The notes beneath the pieces are model-generated. The model saw nothing but the letters and a program-made list of their open reading frames with translations, was not told the origin of the DNA and ran no database searches. From the NCBI RefSeq assembly GCF_006345805.1, contig NC_042998.1, positions 178,560,001-178,624,000 on the forward strand: a DNA stretch of 64,000 nt, written 5' to 3'. Each line of letters starts with the position of its first letter. Positions within the stretch are counted from its first letter, which is position 1. The DNA comes from Octopus sinensis. Its lineage: Eukaryota. A program made the position numbers and the translations under genes. Below, one piece after another: positions 24,318-38,452 of this stretch.

Positions 24318-25245
24318 TTGGGTTATCCCATAAATAATGTGGGTTTTTTTCAATTGCATGGACTAAAAGTCGAACTGGGGTGGGTATAAATTACCTGCAT
24401 CAACTTGCTATAAAAGCAGGTAGTAATTTTACCTTGGACATATTCTTAGTGCAAGTTTTGAAGAGTGCAGTTCAATTTTAACAGTTGTTTTTTCAAAGCT
24501 ATAATGGAAGTGCCAAAGCAGCATACTTGGCATATTTTGCTTTATGAGTTCAATAAAGGTAACAATGCAACGGAAAATGTGAGGAATATCAATGAAGTAT
24601 ATGGGGATCAGATAATAAGTGTAAGCCAGTGTCAATGGTGGTTCTAGAAATTTCAGAACCGGAAACTACAGCCTAGAAAACGAGCCTCATTCTGAAAGAT
24701 CTGTAGAACTCAACAAGGATGTCCTGTAAACCCTAGTTGAACAAAATCCCATCATAACTTTTGAGGAACTAGCAGAGAAGCTTGGATTTGGTCATTCAAC
24801 TATTCATCGGTACCTGCATGCCACGGGAAAATGACCATCTATGGTTTCAAGTCAAAAGGTGCTCCTCCATCAGGATAATGTTCAGCCACATTCAGCGAGG
24901 ATGACATTCCAAAGGCTGGAGTAGTTTGAATAGGAAATGATGCCTACTTACCATATTCACCAGACATTGTCCCATCTGACTATCACTTATTCAGCAATTT
25001 TCAAAATCATTTAGATGGAAAAAATATGAATTCTGTAGACAAGGTCAGAACAGTACTGGAAGAGTAATTTTCATCACGGACAAGGGAGTTTTGGAAGAGA
25101 GGCCTTGCAAGTCTACCAGATAAATAGAAGATCATTGTAGAAAATGAAGGAGAGTATATTTTAGATTAAAAAAGAATTTTGTTGATCTTAATTTTGAAAA
25201 ATAAAAGAAGTCTAAAAAAATTGCATTATTTATGGGATGACCCAA
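24318..25245 (+). mobile_element. Internally deleted mariner (~930 bp)
   Basis: TIRs TTGGGTTATCCCATAAATAATG / CATTATTTATGGGATGACCCAA; transposase jumps from the HTH (IHRYLHATGK) to the LLHQDNVQPH and PSDYHLF region, so the WVPHEL/TGDEKW block is missing. Confidence 0.9.
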
Positions 25246-25318
25246 TGCAATAAAAATCACCACCACCACATTGGTGTCATCATCATCATTATCATCATCA
25301 TCGTCATCATCATCATCG

Positions 25319-25354
<36 letters not shown>

Positions 25355-26204
25355 ACATCTTCATGTTCCATGTTGGCATGGGTTTGATGGTTTGACAGGA
25401 TCCTTTGGAGTCAAGGATTGTATTGTGCTCCAGGGTCTGCTTTGGCATGGTTTCTATGGTTGGTTGCCCTTCCTTACATCAATATACACAATAAAAATAA
25501 GGAATGGTACTCTTAACCATAAAAAAAAAATGCCAAAATTTTTTTACCATATCATATCAGGAAAATTAACCATAAATATGACTGAAAATAATTTACAAGT
25601 TCTTGGCAAGCGCCACAGGCATTAACTGGTTCACATCACTTGCATAATGTTAAGTAAATTACCAGTTAGCATCCTCACTTAACCTTTTCTGAGACTCATC
25701 TTCAAACACTCTTGACTGCTTTATCACCTGGCTTTTGCCCCAGAATCTCAGTCTCTGCTCACACAAAATTATCTGACTACTGTTTGATTAAGGCAACACA
25801 CTTCAAATCTTCTTATTACTAAACAACTATCCCCCATGAATACTCTGGTGTTTCTCGATAGCTAACTAATCACAACTCCACCAGGTCTTGGTAGCAAATG
25901 TGTTTCACCACTTAGCCTAGATGACAGCCAAAAGAAGTTCATTCTACTGATGGGTCAGTATGCTGCAGCCTCTAACCTAACCACATCTTTCTGACTTTGT
26001 TTTTATTGCTGTTACAACAACCTCTTTTCCTCACAACTAGAAAGTTATATACCACTGAACTCACGCTCACTTTATGTATTCATCTTTCTAATCTTCATTG
26101 ACTCAGCTGTGCGTGACCCTTCATGACACTGCACCATACATTTTGCTCAATACTTCTTCCTCAGAACTGCAGTCATTAGCATCTGTCCCTCTATACATAT
26201 GTGC

Positions 26205-26425
26205 AGAGCTGGCAGAAACGTTAGCACGCCAGGCAAAATGCATAGCCGTATTTCGTCTGCCGTTACGTTCTGAGTTCAAATTCCGCTGAGGTCGACTTTG
26301 CCTTTCATTCTTTCAGGATCAATAAAATAAGTACCAGTTATGCACTGGGGTCGACGTAATCGACTTAATCCATTTGTCTGGCCTTGTTTGTCCCCTCTAT
26401 GTTTAGCCCCTTGTGGGTAATAAAT
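26205..26425 (+). mobile_element. SINE S3, long-tail subtype
   Basis: GAGCTGGCAGAAACGTTAGCACGCC..CCCCTTGTGGGTAATAAA; near-identical to 49925-50155. Confidence 0.8.
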
Positions 26426-26829
26426 AAACATATACATATGTGTAGAATTTAGAATTAAACATAAATAACAGAATCACAATAGTCTAGGATGCCCTGCAGT
26501 TCCTTTTGGCATCATCATCGTCATCATCATCATCACCACCACCACCACCACAACCACAACCACCATCATCATCATCATCATCAACATTCAATGTCCATTT
26601 CCCATGCTGGCATGGGTTGAATGGCATGATATGAACTTGCAAGGCCAGTCTGTTTTGGCTTGGTTTCCACAGCTGGATGCCTTTCCTAAGACCAACAACT
26701 TTACAGAGTGTACTGGGTACTTTTCATGTGACACCATCACTAGTGGTTTTTTAAATGGCACCAGCACTAGTACTTTTTACTTGGTACCAGCACCTACTCA
26801 TAATTATAAAATATTATAATTTTATCAAG

Positions 26830-27205
26830 AGTGGCTGTGTGGTAAGTAGCTTGCTTACCAACCACACGGTTCCGGGTTCAGTCCCACTGCGTGGCACCTT
26901 GGGCAAGTGTCTTCTACTAAAGCCTTGTGAGTGGATTTGGTAGATGGAAACTGAAAGAAGCCTGTCGTATATATATATATGTATATATATGTGTGTATGT
27001 GTCTGTGTGTGTCCCCCCCAACATTGCTTGACAACCGATGCTGGTGTGTTTACGTTCCCGTTACTTAGTGGTTTGGCAAAAGAGACCGATAGAATAAGTA
27101 CTAGGATTACAAAGAATGGGTCCTGGGGTCGGTTTGCTAGACTAAAAAGGCGGTGCTCCAGCATGGCCACAGTCACATGACTGAAACAAGTAAAAGAGTA
27201 AAGAG
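26830..27205 (+). mobile_element. SINE S1
   Basis: GAGTGGCTGTGTGGTAAG (A box)..GGGTTCAGTCCC (B box).. tail AAAAGAGTAAAGAG. Confidence 0.85.
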
Positions 27206-29334
27206 AGTATATTAAAGGTTAGTGGAAGATGCTCCTGGAAATTGTGTTTATGTAGGTTTAAGTCTAGTTGAACCATTGCTTTTCAGTTATAATTAATTCT
27301 GTGGAGGAGAGTGGTTTGAAGATTGCATTCATTGATTCACTCTATGAAGAAGAAAATGTCTTCAGGGGGGAAATATATAGCAGAGTAAGAATTTGATTTA
27401 GTAATGAATTAATAATAAATTTGTCTTCATTTTCTTAACTATTGTCTCCCCATAAAAGAAGTTAAAAGGTGAATACAAATCCAATGGGAAAACCTGAAGG
27501 TTAACTAAACTCACCTGTAACGTAAAGACATAACACTACTTCACATATCTTGTTCCTTTCATCAGTACAGCACCTACTCATTTGTTTTATGTATCTACAC
27601 TGCTATTTTGATAGCATTCTTGCCAAACTAGATGGAATGTCAGATTACCTAAGCAAAAGTATCACTAAACTCAATTCTCTACCCAACCAATGAACATTGT
27701 ATTTATTGTTAGAACAAATATTCCTCTTCGTTGAAAACTGTCACAAACATGTGTGTAAATGCAACATGATAATTTAGTCTAAAGTTTATTCCACTGTCAA
27801 CCTTTCCTTCAGCTTATAATATACCTAATTCTTCTGACTGAGCCAAAATCATAAAGTCATTTAGCAACAGAGCTCTTTTAAAGCAATTATGGTTAATGTC
27901 ACTCTAACCCATCCTCATTTCCTACAGACAACACTTATCACCATTTCAGCACCCTAATTTTTCTATTTTTTGTCCTGAATTCTTCACATGCAAAATGCCT
28001 GTAAAACTAACTGCTAAACTAGATACTGAATTTTTTACTGAGCTCTTTCGTACAACTGTCACCTGGAACTAATTACTCTTACAAACTCTTATATTTTCTG
28101 ATCTGCAGTTATCAAAGCTATATTTATTTTGCTAACAGCAGCCAAAACCCAGTACTTACTTACTTGTTCCCTGTTCTTGTCACTTTAATTGAGAAGATTT
28201 TTATAATAAGCAGAGGCATGGCTGTGTGGTAAAGAAGCTTACTTCCCTATCATGTGGTCTTTGGTTCAGTCTCATTGCACAGCACCTTGAGCAGGTATTT
28301 TCTGCTTTAGCCCCAGACTGGTCAAAACCTTGTGAGTGGATTTCAGAGACAGAAACTGAAAGAAGCCTCAGTGTGTGTGTGTGTGTGTGCACCCTTATCT
28401 TGACATCACGTGATGGCTGTAAAAGAGCATCTTCAGCATACAAACAAGATTGTTCATTTCCAGTCTTTCTGTGAAAAACATGTCAGACCATGGGGGAATA
28501 TTGCCCAGCTTGGAAATCGATGAAGATTGGCAACTGGAAGGAAATCTGTCTGTAGAAAATTTGCATCCCGGCCATGCAAGCATGGAAATTCCATCCGAGC
28601 CATGCAAGCATGGAAAAGTAGATATGAAATGAAATGATGAAATGAAACAAAATGACACCAACAATCAAAGTGGTAGTGACAACAATGATGATGATGATGA
28701 TGGTGATGGTGATGCTGCTGCTGCTGCTGATGATGATGATGAGGAGGAGGAGGAAAAATATTTCAGTTAATTGACAAATACAGTTGTTGGATATGGAATA
28801 GTAGCAATGACACTGCATTTAAAACAAAATTTCTGAGTTGAAATCTTGACAGAGCATTTGAATAAATGGAGAAAAAGTATTCCTGAAAATGATCGCGGAT
28901 TATATTAATCAGAAAAAGGTACAGAAAATAGGAATATAATGAGATTAATTATCTGGGAAGCGTAACTTATTAAAAATGTCTCTTTTAATTACATCCTTAT
29001 TTTAATCACTTCATTATTTTGCTACTACTATATGCCACATTAAGGAATGCATTCCCTCTGGGTAAGCAAGTTAGACATTGTCTACCCTGACTAAAACTAT
29101 TAATATAAATATTAATTATTGGTTTCAAATTTTGACACAAAGCCAGCAATTGTAGGGGAGATAGGACCAGTCCATTACATCAACCCCAGTACACAGCTGT
29201 ACCTTCAAAAGGATGAAAGGAAAAGTCAATCCTTTAGTGTCATCTGAACACAGAACATAAAGTCAGAAGAAATGCTGTTGAGCATTTTGTCCAGCACAGT
29301 AATGGTTCTGCCAGCTCATCATCTTCAATATGAA

Positions 29335-29724
29335 TCTCTTTTACTTGTTTTACTTGTTACTGCGGCCATGCTGGAGCACCGCCTTTAGTCGAGCAAATCG
29401 ACCCCAGGACTTATTCTTTGTAAGCCCAGTACTTATTCTATCGGTCTCTTTTGCCGAACCGATAAGTGACGGTGACGTAAACACACCAGCATCAGTTGTC
29501 AAGCAATGCTAGGGGGACAAACACAGACACACAAACATACACACACACACATATATATATGCATATATACGACGGGCTTCTTTCAGTTTCCGTCTACCAA
29601 ATCCACGCACAAGGCTTTGGTTGGCCCGAGGCTATAGTAGAAGACACTTGCCCAAGATGCCACACAGTGGGACTGAACCCAGAACCATGTGGTTGGTAAG
29701 TAAGCTACTTACCACACAGCCACT
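29335..29724 (-). mobile_element. SINE S1
   Basis: Family sequence. Confidence 0.85.
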
Positions 29725-31376
29725 GAATATTAATTATTTGCAATAAAATGTAGATGGTTTTCAATTCCTTATAAAAATGTTAATTTAATGCATGAAATTC
29801 AGTAAAAAATCAAAAAATAGTCACTGTTTTGATGTTAGAGAAGCACAGTTTTTTGATGCTTTCAATATATAATCATTATCTTTGACATGGTTTGACAGTT
29901 CAACTGGATCCAGTGAGCCAGAGGACTGCATTGGGTTCCAGTGTCTGCTTTGGCATAATTTCTGCAGCTGGGTTCCCTTCCTAATGCCAACTACTTTACA
30001 GCATGTACAGGGTGCTTTTCCACAGTTCTGGCACTCATCATAGCCATACTTTCTCCCTTTCTTGCTGGGGTAGCCATGTATCTCTTGTACAAGTCACTTG
30101 TTCCTGTCCCTCTATCATACTTTAGCCTCTCAATGCCAGAGACAAAGCCACCGTCCTCTCTACTACAATCCGTCTCAGTTGAGGGGACATTTTCTTTGTT
30201 TTGTGAGTTACCTGATGACCTTACTAGTGCTGGTGCCATGAAAAACTACCTATAAAGGGGTTAATATTAAGAAGGAAGTTCAGCTATAAGAAACCACAGC
30301 AAGTCAGACATCAGAGTTTGGCACAATCCTTCAGCTTGCTGGATCCTGTAAAATTGTCTGACCCATACCAACATTGAAGGCAAACATTAAATGATAATGA
30401 TGATGATGATGATGATATTTAATTATTTATAAATATATAATACTATTCAAATTATATAGCATGGGTGAGCCTCTAAAATTCATACAGTGTAATAAAGTCA
30501 GAATAATTTCTACCTTTAGTTCTGTGTAATTACAGAGTAAGGAATGCACACATGAATAACAATGTCACTGCTTGTAGCTCAGTGGTTTTTGGAGAAAAGC
30601 AAATGTAAACAAATCCACAAAAGCACACTCATAGAGGAGAAGGAAGAGGGGGAGGAAGAGGAAGAGGAGGATATACAAGCACAGAGCTTTACCTGTGCCT
30701 AAGCTATTAAAAAGCAGCATTTTATTTTGTGCTTCGATTCATTTAGAACTTTTGAGAAGAGATTCTAGAATAGTTTATGCAAAAGATTGGTGCCCTATTT
30801 AAAATGAGTTGTAACTCTTATCCTCTGAATGCCACAATATGATAGTTAAAACACTCAACCTTTCCAAATATTTAGTGATTAGCAAACATGATTAGTTTAT
30901 TTATAACCCGGCAGATGGATGGCTGAAATGGTTGACACCTCTCTTTTGAAATGTTTTCTTCATATCCCCATGGGAAAAGAATTTTCCTATTTTTAAAATT
31001 CAACAAGGCACACTGCAGCAAACGGGGAAAGAAGATATGGAAAAAATTAATTGATATTACTGCCAAGAATGTGGTAGAGGTGGTCCTTGGCATCATGACA
31101 GAAGTAAAAATTAGCAAAAATATAAAATAAAAAAATCACTTATAGGAACTCATTCTTGTTAAAGTGTATGTTAATAGGTTCCAGTAAATAAATATTCAAG
31201 TTTCAATATCAAACAACTCAGCACTGATAAAGATTAACTATCTTAACCGAAACTTTTATATCGTAGCAGACCGTAACTAAATTATAATAATGTGATAGTT
31301 TGAGTGATTTTAAAGCTTAATGATCTTGAATGAAATTTGAAATTTTATCATCAAAATCATTTATTATTATTATTAT

Positions 31377-31410
<34 letters not shown>

Positions 31411-31416
31411 GTATTA

Positions 31417-31457
<41 letters not shown>

Positions 31458-31972
31458 GAGTCAGAGAGCAAGCCAAGTATACCCATCATGACTACCTGTC
31501 TGATAAGGGAACACTTGGCACATGTATCACAGCCATATGTGCATGGCATGGTGATCTCATATCAACATTAACAGTGCATGACCTTGCAGGTACAACCCAA
31601 TTAGAATTTTCTTCAGGTCGAGTAGCCCATCCTGCTCAAAGGGTCCCTGAATAAGGGTTGTTTAAGGATGTTGAATGAAACACCCATGTTTCCAGAGGTG
31701 AATTATCCAACCCCCAAATAATTCCTCTCAACACATGGCTATGATGCTCCCCCACTGCTTCTGCTCATGATCAGAGATGCACATATCGTCAGCCACTAAG
31801 AGACATGCTCAACTAGTCAAGGTCAAGCAACTGACAAGCAAATCTGTGGTATGGAGCAGAATATTTGCTGTATCCCGTCTTTTATACCAAGACAAAACAA
31901 TGTACATGATAACACTTCCACTCAGTCAAGATAAAAAGCCATGAAAGCCACTGCCTGGTACTACATCAGAGC

Positions 31973-31975
<3 letters not shown>
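31458..31975 (-). mobile_element. Apparently complete ~520-bp non-coding element (family T) embedded in (TAA)n
   Basis: (TAT)n on both sides (31360-31456, 31975-32005); homologous partial copies at 11534, 36845 and 50455. Confidence 0.8.
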
Positions 31976-32008
<33 letters not shown>

Positions 32009-32496
32009 AGATGTTGCACAGCATACAATATCATGAGGTTGTTTATTGAAGATATTGTGTCTAGTGGGGGTTTGTACTGTTTGTCAAGTCACAACAAGGA
32101 CCTCAGACAGTACTTTATGCAATATGCATGCAGTTCCAAGTAATGCCGACTTTTGCAATACATCTAGATTGTAGTGTATCTCTAAGGTTTTCAGATGTTT
32201 TTCAGAGTGGGTGGTATTGAACCCAATGCTCCGATAACAATAGGGATAATAGGGACAATAGGGATCAAATTCTACAAGTCTATAAACAGATTCAGCAGAT
32301 GGTGGGGGAGGTCAGCCATAGAGGCAAGAGAATCTTTACACCCTTTGGGTCAGCAGAGGTCAAATGTGTTTACTACTACCAGTGACCACTGAGAGCGCTG
32401 CCCTTGACCTTGAAAGGAAGCAATTCAACCTGTTCTATTTGTAATTACTGGTAGAAAAAACAACAACAATAATAATAATAATAATAATATAATATA

Positions 32497-32810
32497 TATA
32501 TATCACATGATCACGTGACCGACCAGGCTATCAGATGTTGCTACAGATCGCTGGTCACAATGCGCTTCACATTGTTTTTAGCCTTCAAATGACACCACCC
32601 CGCTGGCTAAGTGAGCAGACCTACAGAAAAAAGAGTGAGAGAAAGTTGTGGCGAAAGAGTACAGCAGGGATCGCCACCACCCCCTGCTGGAGCCTCATGG
32701 AGTTTTAGGTGTTTTCGCTCAATAAACACTCACAACACCTGGTCTGGATATTGAAACCGCGATCCTACGACCGCGAGTCCGCTGCCCTAACCATTGGGCC
32801 ATTGCGCCTC
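32497..32810 (-). mobile_element. tRNA-derived SINE (S5-type head and central domain)
   Basis: Minus-strand head GAGGCGCAATGGCCCAATGGTTAGGGCAGCGGACTCGCGG; central CTCTTTCGCCACAACTTTCTCTCACTC shared with 34773-35075. Confidence 0.8.
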
Positions 32811-33267
<457 letters not shown>

Positions 33268-34587
33268 AGAGGCGCAATGGCCCAATGGTTAGGGCAGCGG
33301 ACTCGCGGTCGTAGGATCGCGTTTCAATATATATTATACACACACACTCTCTCACACACACACTGATATTCACATCGTTGAATTTTTGAATTTATGAATT
33401 CAATTGTGTAGTTGCAATAAAAGGTCTGTTTACATATTTGGGTAGTCATACAAAATTTAGTATATAATTATATGTTTTGACTTTTGCTTTGTATTTGTAC
33501 AAATTGACACCAAGTCTCACCCAGAGACCTCAAGAGACAAGTTAGAAGTTCCTGTTAGTGTTATGCCTAGGGTGTCATATATTTGGTTTTGCTCTAGAGA
33601 ATGTTTAAGAAAACATAAGAAAATTATGAGTTTGTTTTTAAAAAATCATTATTATTATTATTATTATAATTATTATTAATTAATTAATTAATTAGGGTGC
33701 ATTTTATTATTAATTAGTCAGGCTTAGTGGATAGGGTGTTGCACTCACGATTGCTAGATCAAGACTTCAATTCTTAAACTGGGTGGTGTGTTGTGTTCTT
33801 GAGCAAAACACTTTATCTCATGGTGCTCTGCAATTACTTTGACATCTGGCACATGGTACACACTGCACCTGTTCAGACAACATTGATTTGATGGCGAGAA
33901 TGAGCTAATGTGTGTCATGAACATTTAATCACTATAAACAAATCAGTCATGTAGGTCATTTGGCAAAAGGTGAATGCTCATACGCCATCTTCCATGGGAG
34001 AGTCCAGCATTAATTAGTTAAAGTCACAAAGGCCATAATATTTTCATATTTTTTACCACTTCACTGGTGTGCATCTTATATTAAATTACTCTGTTGATTG
34101 TAAAGCTTCAAGTGCTTTCTTTCTAATTTTTAACTCTTTTTGCTATGGATTTTTAGAAACTTCAATAACAAATAGTTTCATACTTGCTATAGGGAAAATT
34201 TCAACTGCAAGTGGGAAAGTTTTTCTCTTTGTGATACAAAGATTGTCTCACTTATGTTTTAATGCCCCGCTTTGGTGTTATACATATAAGTAAGTATAAA
34301 AAGGTAAAGTTACTTCCCAAGTCACACAAACTCATAGGGCCAGTCTCCCTGTTTCCATGGCATCCTTAAATCCTTAAAAATGTTTTAGCCTGAAGGCTGC
34401 AGCCATGCTGGGGCACATATATATATATTCCCCACCTGGGCAGGACACTGGTCTGTTGCACGATTACTCATTTTCACCAGCTGAGTGAAGTGGAGCAATG
34501 TGAAATGAAGTGTTTCAAGAACACAATGTGGCACCCAGTCCAGGAATCAAAACCACAATCTTATGATCATGAGTCAAACACCCTAAG

Positions 34588-35075
34588 TGGAGGCACATGG
34601 CCTAGTGGTTAGAGCAGCGGACTTGCAGTCGAGGGACCATGGGTTCGAATCTCAGACCAGGTGATGTATGTGTTTATAAGCGAAACACCTAAGCTCCACG
34701 CGGCTCTGGCAGAAGGTAATGGCAAACTTCTGCTGACTCTTTCACCACAACTTTCATGAGTCAAACACCTTAAGTGGAGACACATGGCCTAGTGGTTAGA
34801 GCAGTGGACTCACAGTTGAGGGATCACGGGTTCGAATCTCAGACCGGGCGATGTGTGTGTTTATGAGCGAAACACCTAAGCTCCACGCTGCTCCAGCAGA
34901 AGGTAATAGCAAACTTCTGCTGACTCTTTCACCACAACTTTCTCTCACTCTTTCCTCCTGCATCATGCAGCTCACCTGCGACGGACCGGCGTCCCATCCA
35001 GGTGGGGAACCTATACACCAAGGAAACCGGGAAACAGGCCCTTATGAGCCAGGCATGGCTCGAGAAGGAACAAAC
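34588..35075 (+). mobile_element. S5 SINE (partial copy plus full copy in tandem) inserted into an S4 SINE
   Basis: CAAACACCCTAA before 34588 and again after 35075; S4 flanks at 34340-34587 and 35076-35110. Confidence 0.8.
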
Positions 35076-35183
35076 CAAACACCCTAACCACTAAGCCACA
35101 CACTTCCATGTTGTACATATATACATACTTTAATATTATCCTTTAATTTTATACATACATGTACTTACCTACTTTTATATTAA

Positions 35184-35385
35184 CTCTTTGGCACTTAAAC
35201 TGACTGTATCCTACCAAAATATTCTACCTGCTTTATGTTTAAATTGGCCAGATCTGGTCTTTCACACCTACCCTACAATTTCATTCTAGAAATAAAAATA
35301 GTTACCTCATCAAAATCTCCAAGTTACAAGATAATTCAGGATTAATAGCATTACATTTGACAGAATAATGAAAATACTAAAGGAG
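35184..35385. mobile_element. piggyBac-like MITE, degenerate, related to 61107-61306
   Basis: TTAA|CTCTTTGGCA..; internal TTGGCCAGATCTGG..CCCTACAAT..AGTTACCTCATCAAAATCTC shared with the 61-kb copy. Confidence 0.6.
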
Positions 35386-36318
35386 TAAACATCAATGTTA
35401 TACATATATGCTAACATAATTTAGTATTATACATTAATGTTGTACATGTATACTTACAAGCTTTAGTATTATGATTTAACTAGCTGGCCTTGTGCTGTCA
35501 AAAATGACAGCTAATTGTAGTATTTTATATATAAATAAGTTACAAAACCAAGTTTTTAGTTTAATAATTCTTTTCTTACCAAATTTATAATATACCATTC
35601 AACTGCAGTTGTTTTATATTCTTGATACACTTAGGCAATAATTATTTTCTCTAATGAGTTTGTATATGTTTGTGTAGGTGTGTGTGATTGTAATAATTAT
35701 TTTTAACAAAAACAGATTGAATATGGATGGTAAATCAAATTAATACACTTGTCAATGTTATCTAGAGGTTGTCTTTTGAGATATGACCTCATTAATCATT
35801 TGTTACTGAAAGAATGCTGGTTCACACATACATTCATATACTTCCCTTGTACACGTCTATAGATACACACATATACTCACACAGAGTTGAAACGCTGTTT
35901 GATTTTTCTTTCCAGCTTTAAATGTTCACCATCCCACTTCCATTGCACACACATACACACACACACATTCACATACCTCCCTTTTACATACACACACACA
36001 CATTCACATACCTCCCTTTTACATACACACACATATACTCACACAGAGTTGAAACAATACTTGATTTTTTTTTTTACACCATAGAATTTCCATCATCCCA
36101 CTACCGAGTTTGCCATTACACCTTCCTTCCTTATTCATCTATCATCCCTTCCTTTCTCATTCATATATTGTGATGGAGAAAAACACAAGAGTATTATTAC
36201 GGTATATTTTAAACATATATATACATCTCTTTCTTAGAGACCCATAGAGTGGAAATGAAAGTATCAGTGGGACCATGAAGTGAGCTCTTTGCTTGTCTTC
36301 TTCAACATAACTGATTCT

Positions 36319-36352
<34 letters not shown>

Positions 36353-36844
36353 ATAAATGGCTCTGGTACTTGAATGGTACTTTATTTCTTGAACCCCCAA
36401 AAGGATGAAGGATAAAAAGTAAACCTCAACAAGATTTGAACTCAAAGCACAGAGAGGCTGAACAACTACCACAGGACATTAAGGCACTCAATTCAACATT
36501 CTGACAACTCTGTCAATTCACCAAATTCGTATTTGAGCATTATTTATACTTTAATGTTATACATATATAAGTGTAACAGTTATCCAAAATGTATGTCGAT
36601 GTAGTTTCATATATTTATCAAATGTTATGTTTGAAATCTGACTATATAGAAAGTATATTATAGTGTCATTCATTATACAAGACTACTCATTATGCTTAAT
36701 AGAGTATAACTAGTATATTACATTAAGTACCAGGAGTTTAATTGTGGTGTCATTGTGAAGTGTTTTGTTGAGAGACTCTTAACTAAACCAAGAGGATATA
36801 TACTTGTTTAAATGAATGTAGTTACCGTGGGGAAAGGAAGATTT

Positions 36845-37255
36845 GGTTGTCAGTTGTTTGACCATAAACAGATGAGCATGTCCTTTAGTGGCTGATGATA
36901 TATGCATCTCTGATCACAAGCAGAAATAGTTGGGGAACATCATGGCCATGCGTTGAGAGGAATTCTTTGAGGTTTGGATAATTCACCTCTGGAAACATGT
37001 GTATTTTTTTCAACATCCTTAAACAACCCTTATTCAGGGACCTTTTGAGCAGGATTGGCTCCTCAACCTGAAGAAAATTCAAACTGGGCCCCACCTGCAA
37101 GGTCATGCACTGTTAATCTTGATATGTGACCACCATGTCACACACATATGGTTGTGATGCATGTACCTTATCAGGCAAGTAGTCATGATGGGTATACTGG
37201 GCTTCATATATTTTACCCCAGTGTCACTTAGATGGCATGCACTGCTCTCTCACTC
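36845..37255 (+). mobile_element. 5'-truncated family T element ending in (AAT)n
   Basis: ...GCACTGCTCTCTCACTC|AATAATAATAATAAT. Confidence 0.8.
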
Positions 37256-37711
37256 AATAATAATAATAATTCTTTCTACTATAGGCACAAGGCCTGAATT
37301 TGGGGGAAGAGGATAGTCGATTACATTGACCCCAGTGTTCCACTGGTACTTAATTTATCGGCCCTTAAAGGATGAAAGGCAAAATTGACCCTGGTGGAAT
37401 TTGAACTCAGAACACACAGACAGACGAAATGCCACAGAGCATTTTGCCCGGCATGCTAACGATTCTGCCAGCTCACTGTCTAAATAATAATGGTTTCAAA
37501 TTTTGGCACAAAGCCAGCAGTTTTGGAAAAGCAACCAAGTTAATTAAACCAACCGCAGTGCTCAACTGGTACTTATTTACCAACCCCAAAAGGATGAAAA
37601 TCAACCTCAGCAGTACTTGAACACAGGACATAAAGATGGACAAAATGGCACTAAGCATTTTTCCCAGTGTGCTTATGATTCTACCAGCTCACCACCTTAA
37701 TGATAACAATA

Positions 37712-38120
37712 ATTGATGCTCAGAGACCAGACATTGTTATAGTGAATAAAAGAAAGAAGTAAACCAAGATTATAGATATTGCCATACCTGAGGATGCATA
37801 CATGGCAAAGAGTTGGAGAAGATGGGAAAATATAAGTTACTAAAAGATGAAATTGCAAGAATGTGGACAATGAAAAAAGTAACTGTCATCCCAATAGCTG
37901 TAGGGGTACTCAGAGCACTATCAACCAAGTTTTTAGAAATATGTTGGTGAGAACATGCTCAAAAACTGCTCTCTCGGTGGCAGCAAGAATTTTGAGATTG
38001 GTACGTGGGTGCCATAGAAAGAGATCCTGTGAAACCTTTGATATCAGGCTGCTGTCTACTCTTACAGAATTAACTGGAGCAAATAAAATTGAGAGCTCTG
38101 AGAAGTAAAATTCAAAGAGT
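37712..38120 (+). mobile_element. 3' fragment of R4/Dong-type LINE (restriction-like endonuclease domain)
   Basis: AQRPDIVIVNKKK..IIDIAIPED..KYKLLKDEIARMWTMKKVTVIPIAVGVL: PD..D RLE motif, frameshifted. Confidence 0.8.
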
Positions 38121-38410
38121 AATGATGTTGATGACGATGATGATGGTGGTGGTGGTGTTTACTCCCATCGATTTCATTGTATGACTGTTCATAGGAGAGG
38201 ATTTAAAACAAAATGTTTAAAAATAATAGAAGTTGCATCTATTTGCGATGGCTGTGTGAATGTAATTTGAGTCCAGGAAGGAATTTTGCTATGAGGACAC
38301 TGATGAGGACACATTCTCCCGATTCCTCACCCTCTTTTACTATCTTATATCTCTCTCCACCCCTACATACTCAATAATACTATAAAAAGAGACAAATCTC
38401 CTGAAAAAAT

Positions 38411-38452
38411 TCAATCTGAAGACTCCACTTGAGTGGATGCAAGCGCTAATGT
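38411..38452 (+). ncRNA. Degenerate minimal hammerhead-like motif
   Basis: CTGAAGA-C-TCCAC-TTGA-GTGGA-T-GCAA-GCGC-TA: stem II perfect, stem III palindrome AGCGCT, GAAA read as GCAA, stem I poor. Confidence 0.35.

Noticed and set aside
27505-27535. Minus-strand tctttacgttacAG|GTGAGT, resembling a recursive splice site
   Set aside because: A single motif with no established host gene or strand; expected by chance in 64 kb.
35820-36075. Local tandem duplications here and at 11990-12075, 40405-40470 and 54120-54180
   Set aside because: Ordinary slippage duplications with no further structure.
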